Assembly: GCA_002269645.1 (NCBI GenBank)
Contig: NIVC01000237.1
Span: 186,001-250,000 of the forward strand
DNA length: 64,000 bases
Origin: Macrostomum lignano
Lineage: Eukaryota
Direction: 5' to 3'
In this document: positions 40,481 through 63,693 of the stretch, piece after piece
Layout: each line of letters starts with the position of its first letter
Numbering within the stretch: the stretch's first letter is position 1
Position numbers and translations under genes: made by a program
Notes under the pieces: generated by a model
Database searches by the model: none
What the model was told of the DNA's origin: nothing
The model's input: the letters and a program-made list of their open reading frames with translations, nothing else

Positions 40481-41013
40481 GGTGATCCCGCCGCCTACAC
40501 TGATCCTTTGTTGGGCTACGCTAGGCCAAGGTCCTACAATGACAAAAACCTAAGACACTGAACAATCATATTAATGAGAAATAAATAATGGTCGTAGCAA
40601 AAGACGCTGATATTAAAATTGACAAAATTCAAAGAGGCGACTAGGCCGCAACTGTGAATACTTAAGAATAGCAGTATAATTAATAGTAATATTATTTTTA
40701 GTAGTATTTTTAGTAGCAGTTCGCCGGGATTCAGATTAGTTTTACTTGAAAAATTTTTCGTCAACTCTTATCTTCACAAGCGGTTGAGTAAAAATAGGTA
40801 CATATTACAGGGAAACAATTTGGTTATTTTAAATTAGATAACAGAGAGAGAACATAGGGCTAGGGTGCTGTGCCTACAGAGAGCGACATGCGACAATGTA
40901 ATATATTTATAATATATATAGATAGGGTGCATTGCAGTATAAGGAATCATAACTACTGTATCGGGCCGCTAATGCGTTCAATTTTCTTGTCTCATCTTTC
41001 TTAGAATCCATTT

Positions 41014-50594
<9,581 letters not shown>

Positions 50595-52189
50595 TTTTGG
50601 TCAAATTTTTTAACCAGAAAGCTAACCTAATGCTAGGTCCTAACTATAATAAAAAGCGAAAACTTGAAGTTTTGTAAGTATCAAGTATCAAGGCCTAACT
50701 GACAAAAAATATTAACAAGCCTAGGCCTATCCTCTGAGAAAATTCTAAACCTGACAACACTTGAAGATGAAGACAGGCAATAATACTAATAGTGGCTTGT
50801 CAGCAAGATAATTGTAAAATGTCTAGACTGAAGGCCTAACCTACTTAAAATACAGGTGTGGACGTCGAGATCTGTTAGGCCTACTAATAAGATTTGATAC
50901 CTTTTAGCTGAGGCTGAATAACTGAAGCTAAAAAATACTTATAATTTAGTCAAGCAGAAACGCGAGTCTAAACTACACACACAGTATTAATTTCTTTTGT
51001 ACTACTAATTTATAAGTTAAACATTGATATAATGTTAATATGATTAGTTCGATAGGCACTAATCCTGGAAATACCTATAATTTTCAATAATAAGTTCACT
51101 TTTCTTTGGTTTAAATTTGTGCCAAATTATTAGGTGCTGATACTTTTAAAAAAAGCTTTCTAAAAAGATTTTAGTCGCTCATTATATTTTTTGTTTTAGA
51201 ATTGCCAGTTTTCACTAAAATGTTTGTTAACTTTTGTTAGAGCACGCATTTAATAATTTTAAAGATTATAAAAAAACAATTTTATGTATTATGAAAAACT
51301 TGCTTTATCAGTGGACTTGAGTCTCGCCAGTTGGATTTTTTTTGACAGTAGGGCAGGTGTCTAATTTTTATACTTTCCAATTTTTATTTTACTGCTATTT
51401 AATCCCGACATTAAGAATGTTTCATGAATAGACGTGTCATGCAATCATCTGATATGTTGTTTAAAGGCCCAGTGGTTAGTGGTAATGTTGAGCTCTTTGC
51501 CAATCGAAAGGTAAGTAGTAATGTGAATTTATTTTGAACTCAAGCAAAAACCGATGGCACACTTTTATGAAGTAAATGTTTTAACATTAACCATAAGCTT
51601 ATGTTTTGCATTGGGGCAATTAACAATAGTAGTATATTTTCTATAGGCCCTAATCTAACTTTTTTAATTTTAAGATCATAATGGATTTGCCAGAATAAGC
51701 AGAAATTTCTAGGCCTAGCATTTATTTGGACTGGCAATTATTTAAAATATTAAAAAAATTAAAACTGTTTTTTTATTATTCCTTATTCCTTGTTGACATT
51801 AACAGTGTTGTATATAGTGTATTTTAAGTAGGCCCCTAAAGTAAAGTCACTATTTGTTCCTAACATGTATGCAGATATGCTAGGCCTATACAGATATAAG
51901 CCAAAAAGTTTCCACTGTGTTATATATGCTGTATGCATTTTGATATTCACTAAAAAATGCCAAGTATCCTTCTTATATGCCAAGAAATCCTATTTAATAT
52001 TACTTTCCAAACTATAAGTTAAATCTTGATCTCAAAATTTTGAGACTTGGCTTTTTTGGGTCATTTCAAGGAATTCTCAAAATTTTAAGAATAGGCTTAG
52101 AATTTGAAAATAATCAAGCAAGAAAGTACATAAATTTTGTAAAGTTCCAAACAAAAATAAATAATGCATTGTCTAATGCATAATTAGCA

Positions 52190-52670
52190 CAAGGGAGACA
52201 AGGGAGATATGAGAAGTGAGTGAGAAGAAAGGAGGGGAGGGAAAAGAATCAAGAGAAAAGGGAAATTGGCAGAAAGGATAAGAGAGGAAAGGAAAGAGGA
52301 GAATGAAGAGAGGAGAGAGTAGAGAGACGAAAGATGGGAAAGGAGAGATAAAAGAGCAAAAGAAAGAAAGAGAGAGAGAGAGAGAGAGCAGAGCAGAAAG
52401 AAACAAGAAGAAATAAGAGAGAAAAGATAAAAGAAGAGAAAGGAGAGATGAGAGAGCAACGAGAGAGAAGAGAAGTAAGGGAAGAGACAAGAAACAAGGG
52501 GAAAGAGGAGAGATAAAACAAGAAAAGAGATGAGAGGAAAGAGAGAAAGGAAAGAGTAGAGAGGAAAAGGAAGAGACGAGAGAAAAGGGAGAGAGAGGAG
52601 AGGAGAAAGAGAAGAAAGAAGAGACAAGGGACGAGAGAGAAAAGAGGAAACAAAAGAGGAGATACAAGTT
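52190..52670. repeat. Cryptic polypurine (GA-rich) tract
   Basis: About 480 bp almost entirely A/G on the + strand, without a fixed unit. Confidence 0.9.
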
Positions 52671-54292
52671 GCAATCAATCCAAGGTACGTAGGGAGAGTC
52701 AGAGGCAGAGGCCAAAGTTTGCCAATACATGTTTAAGAGTCAGATAGACATTGCCCGAAATTCTGCGCAGCATGTACCCCAGCCAACAATATCAAATGTT
52801 TGCCTCAAATCCTAATTTTACACAAATGTACTCCATTTTATGTTTACTCCTACTAACTATTAACAAGTTTTTGCTAGAGTATGGCCTCAGCCCTCAGATC
52901 TCAGAGCACATGCACAAATATTTCTGGGAATCCGAATTCCCTGGGTTTAAAATCCATGGGTTTCAACAGCTTATAGGCTAATAAGTATAAAAAGCAAAGA
53001 ATATCAATGACAAAAAACCCGTTGTAGTTTTTCTTTCCTTATATCCCTTCCTACCTTTCCCTTTTCTCAGGTGCATATATTAAAAGGTGCCAGATAGGGG
53101 TCCTCATTTCTACAGCTTGGTATAGAGAATAATTAATTCATACTGGCTTGCCCAAAGGCCACAATCAGGAGAGGATTTGAATCTAACTTTTCACCCTATT
53201 TCCCCCTTTTCACAGGATGCTTACACTTCCCCATATTTTCTCTTCCCCAAAAATAAAATTGCAGACACTTTCACTTTCCCGAAAATTCACTTTCTATAAG
53301 TTTCTCCTTGTATTTTTTGACGTCTTATCTGGATAAAAGAGGGTAATATAAATTATAAAATATATTTAGAGGCAATCAAGCTATGCTCTGCATTTTTTAG
53401 GATTTTAAATAAGGCATATAATACCAAACATATAAGATATAAAATTAATATAAAAACCTAATTTTCTAAATGAAAAGCTCTATGAATTTAATAAATTTAT
53501 TTTAAAAAGCTAAATATATAAAGAATAAGCACAAAGCTGCCTCTAATTAAAAGTAATAACAATTTGGATGCTAAAAAATAAATCTCTATTCCAATATATT
53601 TATTTAAAAAACCTGTTCTGCATCTTAAAATTTTCTAAGACAGCTTCCTATCTTTCTATTTGAGTAATCCTTGGGATATATATATATAGATAAAATAAGT
53701 AAAAACCAGTTATTTCTTATATATATATTTGCAAAATAGACAAGAGGAACAAGATCTATGGTCTACCAAAGTCTAGTGGTTCAGACCTTGCACCTGCATA
53801 ATTGTATTTAACTGGAAAACAGGTTGAATATATGTTCCTAATATATATTGTAATTCCATTATTTGCTAGGGTATATCTATTTAATATAGAGCTATGAAAC
53901 TTTTATTGTCTCTTGATGCACACAAGGTAAGTTAAAAAAGTTGAAAATTAATACTTAAGCTTAAAGCCTTAGATACTTTGTTGCTTAAGATATTCAAAAG
54001 CTAATTGCAGCTTTGATAAATTTCAAATTAATGTCATGTCAAGTCATTTGAGAAAACTACATTTACAATGCATGTACAATTATGTTTGTAAAAGTCTCTA
54101 TTTTAATGTTACTGCAAAGTCCATTGACAATTACTAAACTGTCCTTGGTATTAATATATTATCTGATACTTTTTGTCTGAAATATCTTATATTCTAAATG
54201 TAATAGCATGTCTTGTACTTGACTATATTTAACTAAATTGACTATACATAAACCCATGTACAAATGTAAACCATTGTAATGCACATTTGCAG

Positions 54293-57200
54293 TTGAAACA
54301 ACGCTATTGTGTGATCAGCAAGCCTTCAAACTTTGCTAGTGAGTAATTTCTATTCCAATGATTAGATTATGTTAGAGTATTATAACCGAACTCTTACTGA
54401 CTTTTAATTCAACCACCCCAATGTCTTCAGCACATCTGAAGCTGTACATATTCAAATCCCAAGCTCAACACGATGCGGCTAAGGAGCGCGGCCAACTCGA
54501 ACCATTCGCCAATGTTTATGGCAGCTCCAATAGCGCCGTTCGGAATGGCAAATCAGCCAATAATTGCATTGTGCTCACCTGCGACACTGGCATTGTTATT
54601 CTGGCTATGAAAGATATTCACGATCTGCTGTCTTGGAGTGAAACTATTAAGAAATATGTCAGCGGTGAGTGCTACTTATATATTCATCTATAAGCTTTTT
54701 GAGTGCAACTAGATGCTACTGTGCTAGATGCTACCCCCGATCAGTGGAAAACTTACTCGACAGACCGCATACTGCTTTTATTAAAATTGAACTATCAATA
54801 TCGCTAGCAAAAACTGTCTAGAAGGTTCTGCTTCTGCAATGAAGTTCCTACAAGACGATATAAACACTACTGGCGAAGTTGGAATTCCGAATTCCCTTCT
54901 GCCTTGGCTTGGCATGCAGTTTTGCCAGCTATTAATAAGAATAAAATACACGGGCTGTGTATGTATTATTCTAATATGCCAGCTGCTATTTTAGTTAATT
55001 GAAGATCTAGCATCATATTATTATCAGCTAATTCAACTCTTGCACACAATGCAGAGCTTTAGTTCTCTGTTAATTCCGCTAATCGCGTGCAGCGGCACAG
55101 GCTCACTTGGCTGAGTCAGCGCCTCTCCTGCCTCTCTCCCGCTCCGCTCTATCAGTCTTGGAGTTTCTGTACTATTGCTAGACTTATTGAACAGTAATGA
55201 TGGGCAGGGCGTGCACGCTTTGTCGCCCGTTTGAGAGGCTCTTAAATAGCTCGGATTGTGCGTGTGGGGCTGGCCTTCTGTGTGCCCCCCCATTGTTATT
55301 CTCTTTATTCGTGTCTTACAAATATATTGCGATATGCATAATATATACCAGTATAAAATGGAATGCCCTCGGAGACTGGCTTTCCTGCGTCAGTAAAGAA
55401 TTGAGTTTCCCGCTGTTCCAGCACTTATTAAGAGCAAATACTGAGTTCTATACGAATCTGTAGACTGCTTGAAGAGGGACTCTGCTGCTGTGCTTCAATT
55501 CGACAATTTTTGTCTAGCGTAGCAAGAAGCCTTCAGTTGTGTCTCTGCTTTTTAATATTATTGTCTAGTCTGCCAGCAGTTTGATATGGGTCCTTAGTCT
55601 TGCTTAAAGTACAGTGCAACAAAAATCGATATGAACTGGTGCGGTGCCTGGATTGCAGTTATTAGACGGCATATATCTGTTATTGTTATGAATTTCCGTT
55701 GCTGTAAGCAGTATAAGAAATGCTAAGTTGTTGATAAGGGAGTTTATTTTTTTCTAGCCTAACTTGTGCTCTTTGATCTTTGCCACTTCGCTGTGCTGAG
55801 CCACTCGCCTCTGTCTCAGTTTTAGCTGGGTATCTTGCGCTTGGAACTGCACCAATGTGTAGCATAGTGCCCCTTTCCCTGCGTCTGTCTGTCTGCTTCG
55901 CACTCTTCCTTGAGAATTTGCTATCGCAAGCGAAAGCGAACCGCTACACGCGTTCGACAGGTGCAAGACTTAACAGAGTTTAGAATTACACTCTCGGCAA
56001 CATGTTGAAGTTTCCATCCCGAAAAGTGTGGTCTACAAGTGGCAGCTTTAAGCCAACTCTAGCTAATGCTGTGTGTGTGTGAGAGAGGTTGCTACTGGCA
56101 GCCGTCCTTATGCTGATGTCTATGGCCGAACGATCAACTTTCTTGCCTTTTCCGTTTATGTCTATGGTCAAGACCAAAACTACTGCTGCCAATTGGCAAT
56201 TCTCTATTTGGTTGACCGGCTGAACTAGCAGCTTTGGCTAATAAAAGCAATGTCGCATTTGACAATCTAAATGGGAATTCGGACAATCAAAACGGAACGC
56301 CATAGACATTCAAGCCACGCCACAGACTCGGGCTGCTTGGGAATACACAACCATAAGAATTTGGAATATACAATCAAAATTGGAAAACAAAAACCAAGAA
56401 TTCTCTCATTTCCTGATTGGCCTTGCACAATTCTTCTTTCCGACCACCGCGAGGAAGGGATTCCGCTCTGCCATGGCTCCATTGCGTGGGGTCGCTTTCA
56501 GGCCAAAGAGAAGCAAACGGGGCTTTTTCCCATATTGAATGTCCAAAGTTATAGTCTATGGCCAAGCCTCCCTCAGTAGACTTTGCTAAACTGCTTAAGT
56601 CCATGACTAGGGTAAGATCTGTGGCCTGACTTAAATGTCTATGGCGTCCCCCACAGAAACTAAACTCCAAAGTTTACTATGATTACCGTACTTAATCCCC
56701 CCCATTGCCAGACATTGACTATCGGGTCCGGCTGATTCGCACTGAGGGCTGCCGTCTTCAAGCCGGCGCGGAGGGCCGCCTACACGTGCAGAAGACCCGA
56801 CTGTGTTTCTATACTGAACCAGTTGAGAACTGCCGCCAATTAGCCGTCTGGAGTCTCAGCTCCGTGCGCAAGTATTGGATCGATTCGGATAAGAATTTCG
56901 TATTCGAAAGTAGCCGAGCTAAATGCGACAAGCCGGATAAGGGTATGCCACCCCTCTTTGGAGCTTTGATTTGCTCTGTTCGACTCAGGGGATGTGAGAT
57001 CCTATAGTACAAGGCTGAGGGAATGAGTGAGACTCCACTCTGGGTGTGAGTCTGAGAGAATAAGTGAAATTCCACTCTGACTGTGAGAGTCTGAGGGAAT
57101 GAGTGAGATTCCACTCTGACTGTGAGAGTCTGAGGGAATGAGTGAGATTCCACTCTGACTGTGAGAGTCTGATGAGGGAATGAGTGAGATTCCACTCTGA

Positions 57201-60200
57201 CTGTGAGAGTCTGATGAGGGAATGAGTGAGATTCCACTCTGACTGTGAGAGTCTGATGAGGGAATGAGTGAGATTCCACTCTGACTGTGAGAGTCTGATG
57301 AGGGAATGAGTGAGATTCCACTCTGACTGTGAGAGTCTGATGAGGGAATGAGTGAGATTCCACTCTGACTGTGAGAGTCTGATGAGGGAATGAGTGAGAT
57401 TCCACTTTGACTGTGAGAGTCTGATGAGGGAATGAGTGAGATTCCACTCTGACTGTGAGAGTCTGATAAGGGAATGAGTGAGATTCCACTCTGACTGTGA
57501 GAGTCTGATGAGGGAATGAGTGAGATTCCACTCTGACTGTGAGAGTCTGATGAGGGAATGAGTGAGATTCCACTCTGACTGTGAGAGTGAGGGAATGAGT
57601 GAGATCCTACTGAGTGTATCCGGCAGTCGCTAAACCCCCCCGATGCACCCTGCAGGCAGCGGTGTGCACCAGTTCGAGTCGGAGCAGGCGGAGCAAGTCT
57701 ACAACTGCATGCACGCCGCCTGTCACAACAAGCCGCTGCTGTCCGGTAAGTAAGGCATTTTTTGTGTTTTTTTTGTTTATAATTTATTTATTTGTGTCAA
57801 CTTTACACGAGAATTTGTTATAGAGAGGTACAGGTTCATATTGCAGGTGATGGGTGCCCTGGATCAGCCGGGGGGGGGGGGACTTAGGTCACCAATTCTC
57901 TACTGTCCAATTTAAGAGCACAATATTATTATAGCAAACCCACCTGCGCCCGTATCTTTACAGAAAATCTCCAGGCAGCACCCTGGAATTTTTTGTTTTG
58001 ATCTCAAAACAAATGAAGAATGAAAAGAGAGACGAGTTTTCTTGCGCTGTCTTTTTCTTGCTTCAACTTCAGAACTGGCAACTGTTTCTTTTGGCTTTTA
58101 TTTACCTTTGACGCTGGTATATCAGGAGTAGCGCACGGCTGTGCGAGTTTTGCTAATTAATTGCGAGAGTTGCTGTTACAGTAGGGGGTAGAAAGAAGGT
58201 GGGTGAGGGCAGAGAAGAGTGCTGGCTGAAATGCTAAAATTTCCATATATTTTTCTGCTATAAAGATTCTACTCTCTTACACTTTGACCGCCCTGAGCAA
58301 TTCTGCTCAGTCAGCTGATGCTCGCCCGGGGCAGGCCCTGGAATTCCAGACGAGGTGCGGCTTACAATTTCTAGAGAGACTTTCTGGGGTAGACTATGAG
58401 TAGTATGAACCGTTTTTTAGCAATTTCAATTCACTTCCCGGGTAATAAAATAGGGGATCAGGAGCCATAAACTGTATGGTGTGCGCTCTGTAAGTTAGTT
58501 TAATAAGTTTTATAACCTTGCTAATATTTTCCTACAGCTTATTGCCAATACCATGGGCAAATAAGAATGCCTCTGGCTAGTAGGGGGGGGGGGGTTATAG
58601 AAATGTTTCCCAGCTCAGAGTTTTATTGCTTGTTACTTTTTATGACTTCAAATAAACGTCCACTATGGCATTAGAGCAATTTTTATGTTATTACCAGTAT
58701 GCTCGCGTGTTATAACTCCCATTTATAGCTGGGGATCCCAATCCCACAGTTGAGGATCCCATTTCCACAGCTGAGGATTCCATTTCCACAGCTGAGGATC
58801 CCAATCCCACAGCTGAGGATCCCATTTCCACAGCTGAGGATCCCAATCCCACAGCTGAGGATCCCAATTCCACAGCTGAGGATCCCAATCCCACAGCTGA
58901 GGATCCCAATCCCACAGCTGAGGATCCCAATTCCACAGCTGGGGATCCCAATCCCACAGCTGAGGATCCCAATCCCACAGCTGAGGATCCCAATCCCACA
59001 GCTGAGGATCCCAATTCCACAGCTGGGGATCCCAATCCCACAGCTGGGGATCCCATTTCCACAGCTGAGGATCCCAATCCCACAGCTGAGGATCCCAATC
59101 CCACAGCTGAGGATCCCAATCCCACAGCTGAGGATCCCAATCCCACAGCTGACGACCCCATTTCCACAGCTGAGGATCCCAATCCCACAGCTGGGGATCC
59201 TATTTCCACAGCTGAGGATCCCAATCCCACAGCTGATGATCCCATTTCCACAGCTGGGGATCCCAATTCCACAGCTGATGATCCCATTTCCACAGCTGGG
59301 GATCCCAATTCCACAGCTGAGGATCCCAATCCCACAGCTGAGGATCCCAATTCCACAGCTGATGATCCCATTTCCACAGCTGGGGATCCTATTTCCACAG
59401 CTGAGGATCCCAATTCCACAGCTGAGGATCCCAATCCCACAGCTGAGGATCCCAATCCCACAGCTGAGGATCCCAATTCCACAGCTGGGGATCCCAATCC
59501 CACAGCTGAGGATCCCAATCCCACAGCTGAGGATCCCAATCCCACAGCTGAGGATCCCAATCCCACAGCTGGGTATCCCCAGGCTACGAATCCCAATCTC
59601 CTTAGCCAAGAATCCGATCCCTTAGCTCCCTTAGCAATCCCTACTGCTTAATCCGTTTCAAACTCCGCCCTTATCCTTGTTATCCTTATCGCTAATCCTC
59701 CCTTTCTACTCCAACAGCCTCTCCGCCCACGCATCCGCCCGGCGGCCAGCAGCCGAAGCCGTACGCGCTGCCGCAGTCGTCCGCAGTGACCTATTCGACT
59801 GTGTATTCGGGCTCCACTTCGTTGTCGATGTCGCATCCTTTAACTGGCACGGATGGGCGCAGTCACAACATGTACCACATGCAGCAGCGCCAGCTCAGAC
59901 AGCAGATGCTGCTTCAGCAGCGACAGGATCCGATCGGCTTCCGACTTCTTCAGCAGCAGCAGTTGCGATCGACAACAGACGCAGAGTTCGACGAAGCCGA
60001 GCCGACTCAGTTCAGTTTTGAGCCGTCTTCGCCGTCGGTAGTTGCCGCTACCGCTGCTGCCGCTGCCGCCGCCGCAGTTGCCGACAATTTAAACCACGGT
60101 GACCAAGTGGACTCTGTCGCCGACTTGCCGTCAAGTGGCGCAGCTGGGTCGGCCAGCGCTGGCGCCGCCGCCACCGCCGCTGACAATCACGACTATTGCA

Positions 60201-62766
60201 ACCTGCGCGACCGGACAAGCTATCTAAGCATGTCCGAGGTGCACCCGTACAGTTCGGCCGCTGCCGCCGGCGTCTCCGCCGTACGCTCCTCCGACAGCTA
60301 CGTGCAAATGTCGTCTAGTCCGGCCGCCGGGCCTGTGGGCTGCGACACGATTGGACGGCGCAGGTCTGAACGGAGCAGCGATTTTGACAGCGCCGGATTG
60401 GTGAGCCGAGCTGGTGGGCCCTGTGACAGAGCGGAGGGCATGGGAAAGTGACAGAGCGGAGGGAATGGGAAAGTGACAGAGCGGAGGGCATGGGATGGAA
60501 GAGTGACAGAAAGGAGGGAATGGGATGGGAGAGTGACAAAGCGGAGGGAATGGGAAAGTGACAGAGCGGAGGGCATGGGAAAGTGACAGAGCGGAGGGCA
60601 TGGGAAAGTGACAGAGCGGAGGGCATGGGATGGGAGAGTGACAGAGAGGAGGGAATGGGATGGGAGAGTGACAAAGCGGAGGGAATGGGATGGGAGAGTG
60701 ACAAAGCGGAGGGAATGGGATGGGAGAGTGACAAAGCGGAGGGAATGGGATGGGAGAGTGACAGAGAGGAGCCATGGGAGTGACAGAACGGAGGGCATGG
60801 GAGAGTGACAGAGCGGAGCCATGGGAGTGACAGAACGGAGGGCATGGGATGGGAGAGTGACAGAGAGGAGCCATGGGAGTGACAGAACGGAGGGCATGGG
60901 AGAGTGACAGAGCGGAGGGCATGAGAGTGACAGAACGGAGGGCATGGGAGAGTGACAGAGCGGAGGGCATGAGAGAGTGACAGAACGGAGGGCATGGGAT
61001 GGGAGAGTGACAGAACGGAGGGCATGGGATGGGAGAGGGACAGAACGGAGGGCATGGGAGAGTGACAGAACGGAGGGCATGAAAGAGTGACAGCGGAAGG
61101 AATGGGGGAGTGACAGAACGGGCAATACGAGCGAGAGTGGAGTGACATATCAGGTGGCTGAAGAGAACGGAGAGTGACAGCCTTTCATATCAGGCGCCCT
61201 TATAGATGGCCTTATCTATCTGTAAGCCGATTCCAATGCCACCGCCCACGCACTCCAGTCCTCGCCGGAGAACCAGTATGACGAGGTGGCTGTCGACTCC
61301 CCGCCATCCAGTCCGCAACTCGGGCCTTCGCCATCGGCTCAGTTTCCGCAGCAGCAGCAGAGACCTCAGCGGTATAAACAGCGGCCGCCTCCGCTGCCTC
61401 TAACCCTGAACCGATCCCAGTCTGAGGATCCCGCTGCCGCAGAGAGCGATGCCGCCGTGGCCGCCGCGGAGCTCCGCTCGCCGACAATGCGGACGCGTCC
61501 TGTGCCCCAGTCTGCCGGCGTCGGCGTGGACGGCTTCAGCACGCTGGCCCAGAGAAAGCCGCGCCACGGTAAAGAGTACATCAGCAGGGAGCGGCTGATC
61601 TCTTCGTCCTCTGATACGGCTGCCTCACCCACCCAGGGATTGGGGCCGATGGCGCAGGTGAGCTGACGGTGACAGCGCGACTGTTAGTGTCGAGTGAATC
61701 TCAGTGTCGGTGTTTAGGATTGTCTGTGAGTGTTTATGATTGTCTGTGAGTGTTTAGGATAGCCTGTGAGTGTTTAGGATGGCCTGTGAGTGTTTATGAT
61801 TGTCTGTGAGTATTGAGGATAGTCTGTGAGTGTTTAGGATAGTCTGAGTGTTTAGGATTGTCTGTGAGTGTTTATAGGGTAGTCTGTGAGTGTTTGGGAT
61901 AGTCTGTGAGTGTTTAGGATAGTCTGTGAGTGTTTAAGATAGTCTGAGTGTTTGGGATAGTCTGTGAGTGTTTGGGATAGTCTGTTAGTGTTTAGGATAG
62001 TCTGAGTGTTTGGGATAGTCTGTGAGTGTTTAGGATAGTCTGTGAGTGTTTAGGTTAGTCTGAGTGTTTGGGATAGTCTGTGAGTGTTTGGGATAGTCTG
62101 TTAGTGTTTAGGATAGTCTGAGTGTTTAGGATAGTCTGTGAGTGTTTAGGATAGTCTGAGTGTTTGGGATAGTCTGTGAGTGTTTAGGATAGCCTGTTAG
62201 TGTTTAGGATGTCTGTCAGAGCCAAGTCCATCTGCACTGTGACTGATATTTTAATCTTACAGAACGGCATCTCGCTCGCCCCGCAGCCTCCATTCCCGTC
62301 GATGTCCTACCAACAGCAGCCGCCGCAGGCGCAGCCGCCAGTCTACAATCCGCTCCGGGACTACGTGAACCTCCGACCGGCTGCCGTTGCTGCATACCCG
62401 GAGGAGCCGCCGCCCCGGCTGCAGTACGCCCAGCTGCAGCACCACCAGCAGCCTGACCCGCTGTATCCCGTTGCGGCCGTACCGCAGCTGGCGGTACCCG
62501 CCGGTGCCGCCTCCATTGCCGGAACCTCGGCTGCCGCGTCGTCCTCCATGTTGCAGCAGCAGCAGATGCTTGCCCAGCTCAACTACACGGAGCTGGATCA
62601 CAATAAGACTCGCGCCTTCCAGGAGATCGCCGAAGAGGAGGAGTCGCGGCGAAATCCCGCCAGCCGGTCGGCCTCCTCAGCCAGCGTCAACAACAACAAC
62701 AACAATAATGGCAGCGGCGGCAACGGTGGCGGCTTCAAGCAGCGTGTGCTGACCAAGAATCGGTGA
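54293..62766 (+). CDS. DOK/IRS-type docking adaptor (PH + IRS-type PTB + Tyr-motif tail), join(54293..54338,54431..54664,56712..56941,57656..57745,59718..60400,61259..61657,62263..62766); start exon uncertain (candidate 53894..53926)
   Basis: PH-like LKQRYCVI...LKLYIF...LLSWSETIKK. PTB-like YRVRL...WSLSSVRKY...FVFES...GVHQFES. Tail with YCNL, YLSM, YVQM, YVNL, YAQL, YTEL. All six listed introns are GT-AG and phase-consistent. Confidence 0.8.
56297..56647. mobile_element. Candidate MITE bounded by perfect 14-bp inverted repeats
   Basis: ACGCCATAGACATT (56297-56310) and its exact reverse complement AATGTCTATGGCGT (56634-56647). Confidence 0.45.
57015..57610. repeat. Intronic array, 42-bp GAGGGAATGAGTGAGATTCCACTCTGACTGTGAGAGTCTGAT
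   Basis: Read directly. Confidence 0.97.
58728..59600. repeat. Intronic array, 21-bp CCACAGCTGAGGATCCCAATC (~40 copies)
   Basis: Read directly. Confidence 0.97.
60424..61190. repeat. Intronic array, ~25-30-bp GAGAGTGACAGA(G/A)CGGAGGGCATGGGA(TGG)
   Basis: Read directly. Confidence 0.95.
61712..62212. repeat. Intronic array, ~20-bp GTGAGTGTTTAGGATAGTCT
   Basis: Read directly. Confidence 0.95.
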
Positions 62767-63693
62767 TTCAGACATTTGCGCGCCATTTCAATACCGTTTC
62801 ATTACCGAAGGACTTGGATTGCTAATCTAGCTGCACTGATGCTTATTTATTTTTCATAGTTATTAATTGTATCGGAAAAGCCACCGTTTTTCTCTATTTT
62901 TAGCGAAGTAATGCGCTCATCACGCTACTGCACCTATCAGTAGTAGAAGTAGCACTATTCGTACTTGTACATATTTGTTTGTTTTGCTCACCAATGTACA
63001 ATACAGATTTGTGCATACCAGCCCCACTGCCCAAAGCCAAACAGATTGAATATCGCGCCCGCTCAACGGTTCCCAGAATTTTGTAAATCACTTTTATTTG
63101 AAGTGATACCTTTTTATTTGAAAGGTTTTTTCATGGACTCGCGCGCGTTCACCTTGTTGTCAATCATTTTTCTCTCAAACTGTCGCTCAGCGTGCCAGTC
63201 GGACACCGTCAATAACCAAAACTGCCGTACTAAATTCCATGCCTTCGACCATATTTTATTTACATTGTTTACTATAATGATATACTACAAGGGAGTGCCT
63301 ATTTTACTACTGCTCAAGTAGTGAAGCAAGTAGGTAAATAGGAATTTGTATTGTGTAATTGTACTATATAAAGTTTTTCCCACCGACCAAATCCGTGTAT
63401 AACTGCGATTTGCATATATGTTGTTAATTTGCAGCCAAACAAAATATAATCTGCGCCTCATGCTTTATAAAATGCTTTTTCGGCGTTGCTCATCGGTGCC
63501 TTGCTGTACTCGATGACTCAAACATGAAAGCAGAGCTTGTTGCCGATAGTCTTGTTTTAACTGGCTATGAGAAGTGCACAATGCACTTTATTTACTCGCA
63601 AATAGTAAAACCGAAAAACCAGAAATAAGCATTGCATCGCCAGCCTACTAAAAGTAGACAAGCCAAGAATTTTGCTATCAAAATTGAAATTGT

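Noticed and set aside
51465-51510. tRNA-like A box GGCCCAGTGGTTAG (similar fragment at ~53770)
   Set aside because: No B box or cloverleaf follows; at most a SINE-head relic.
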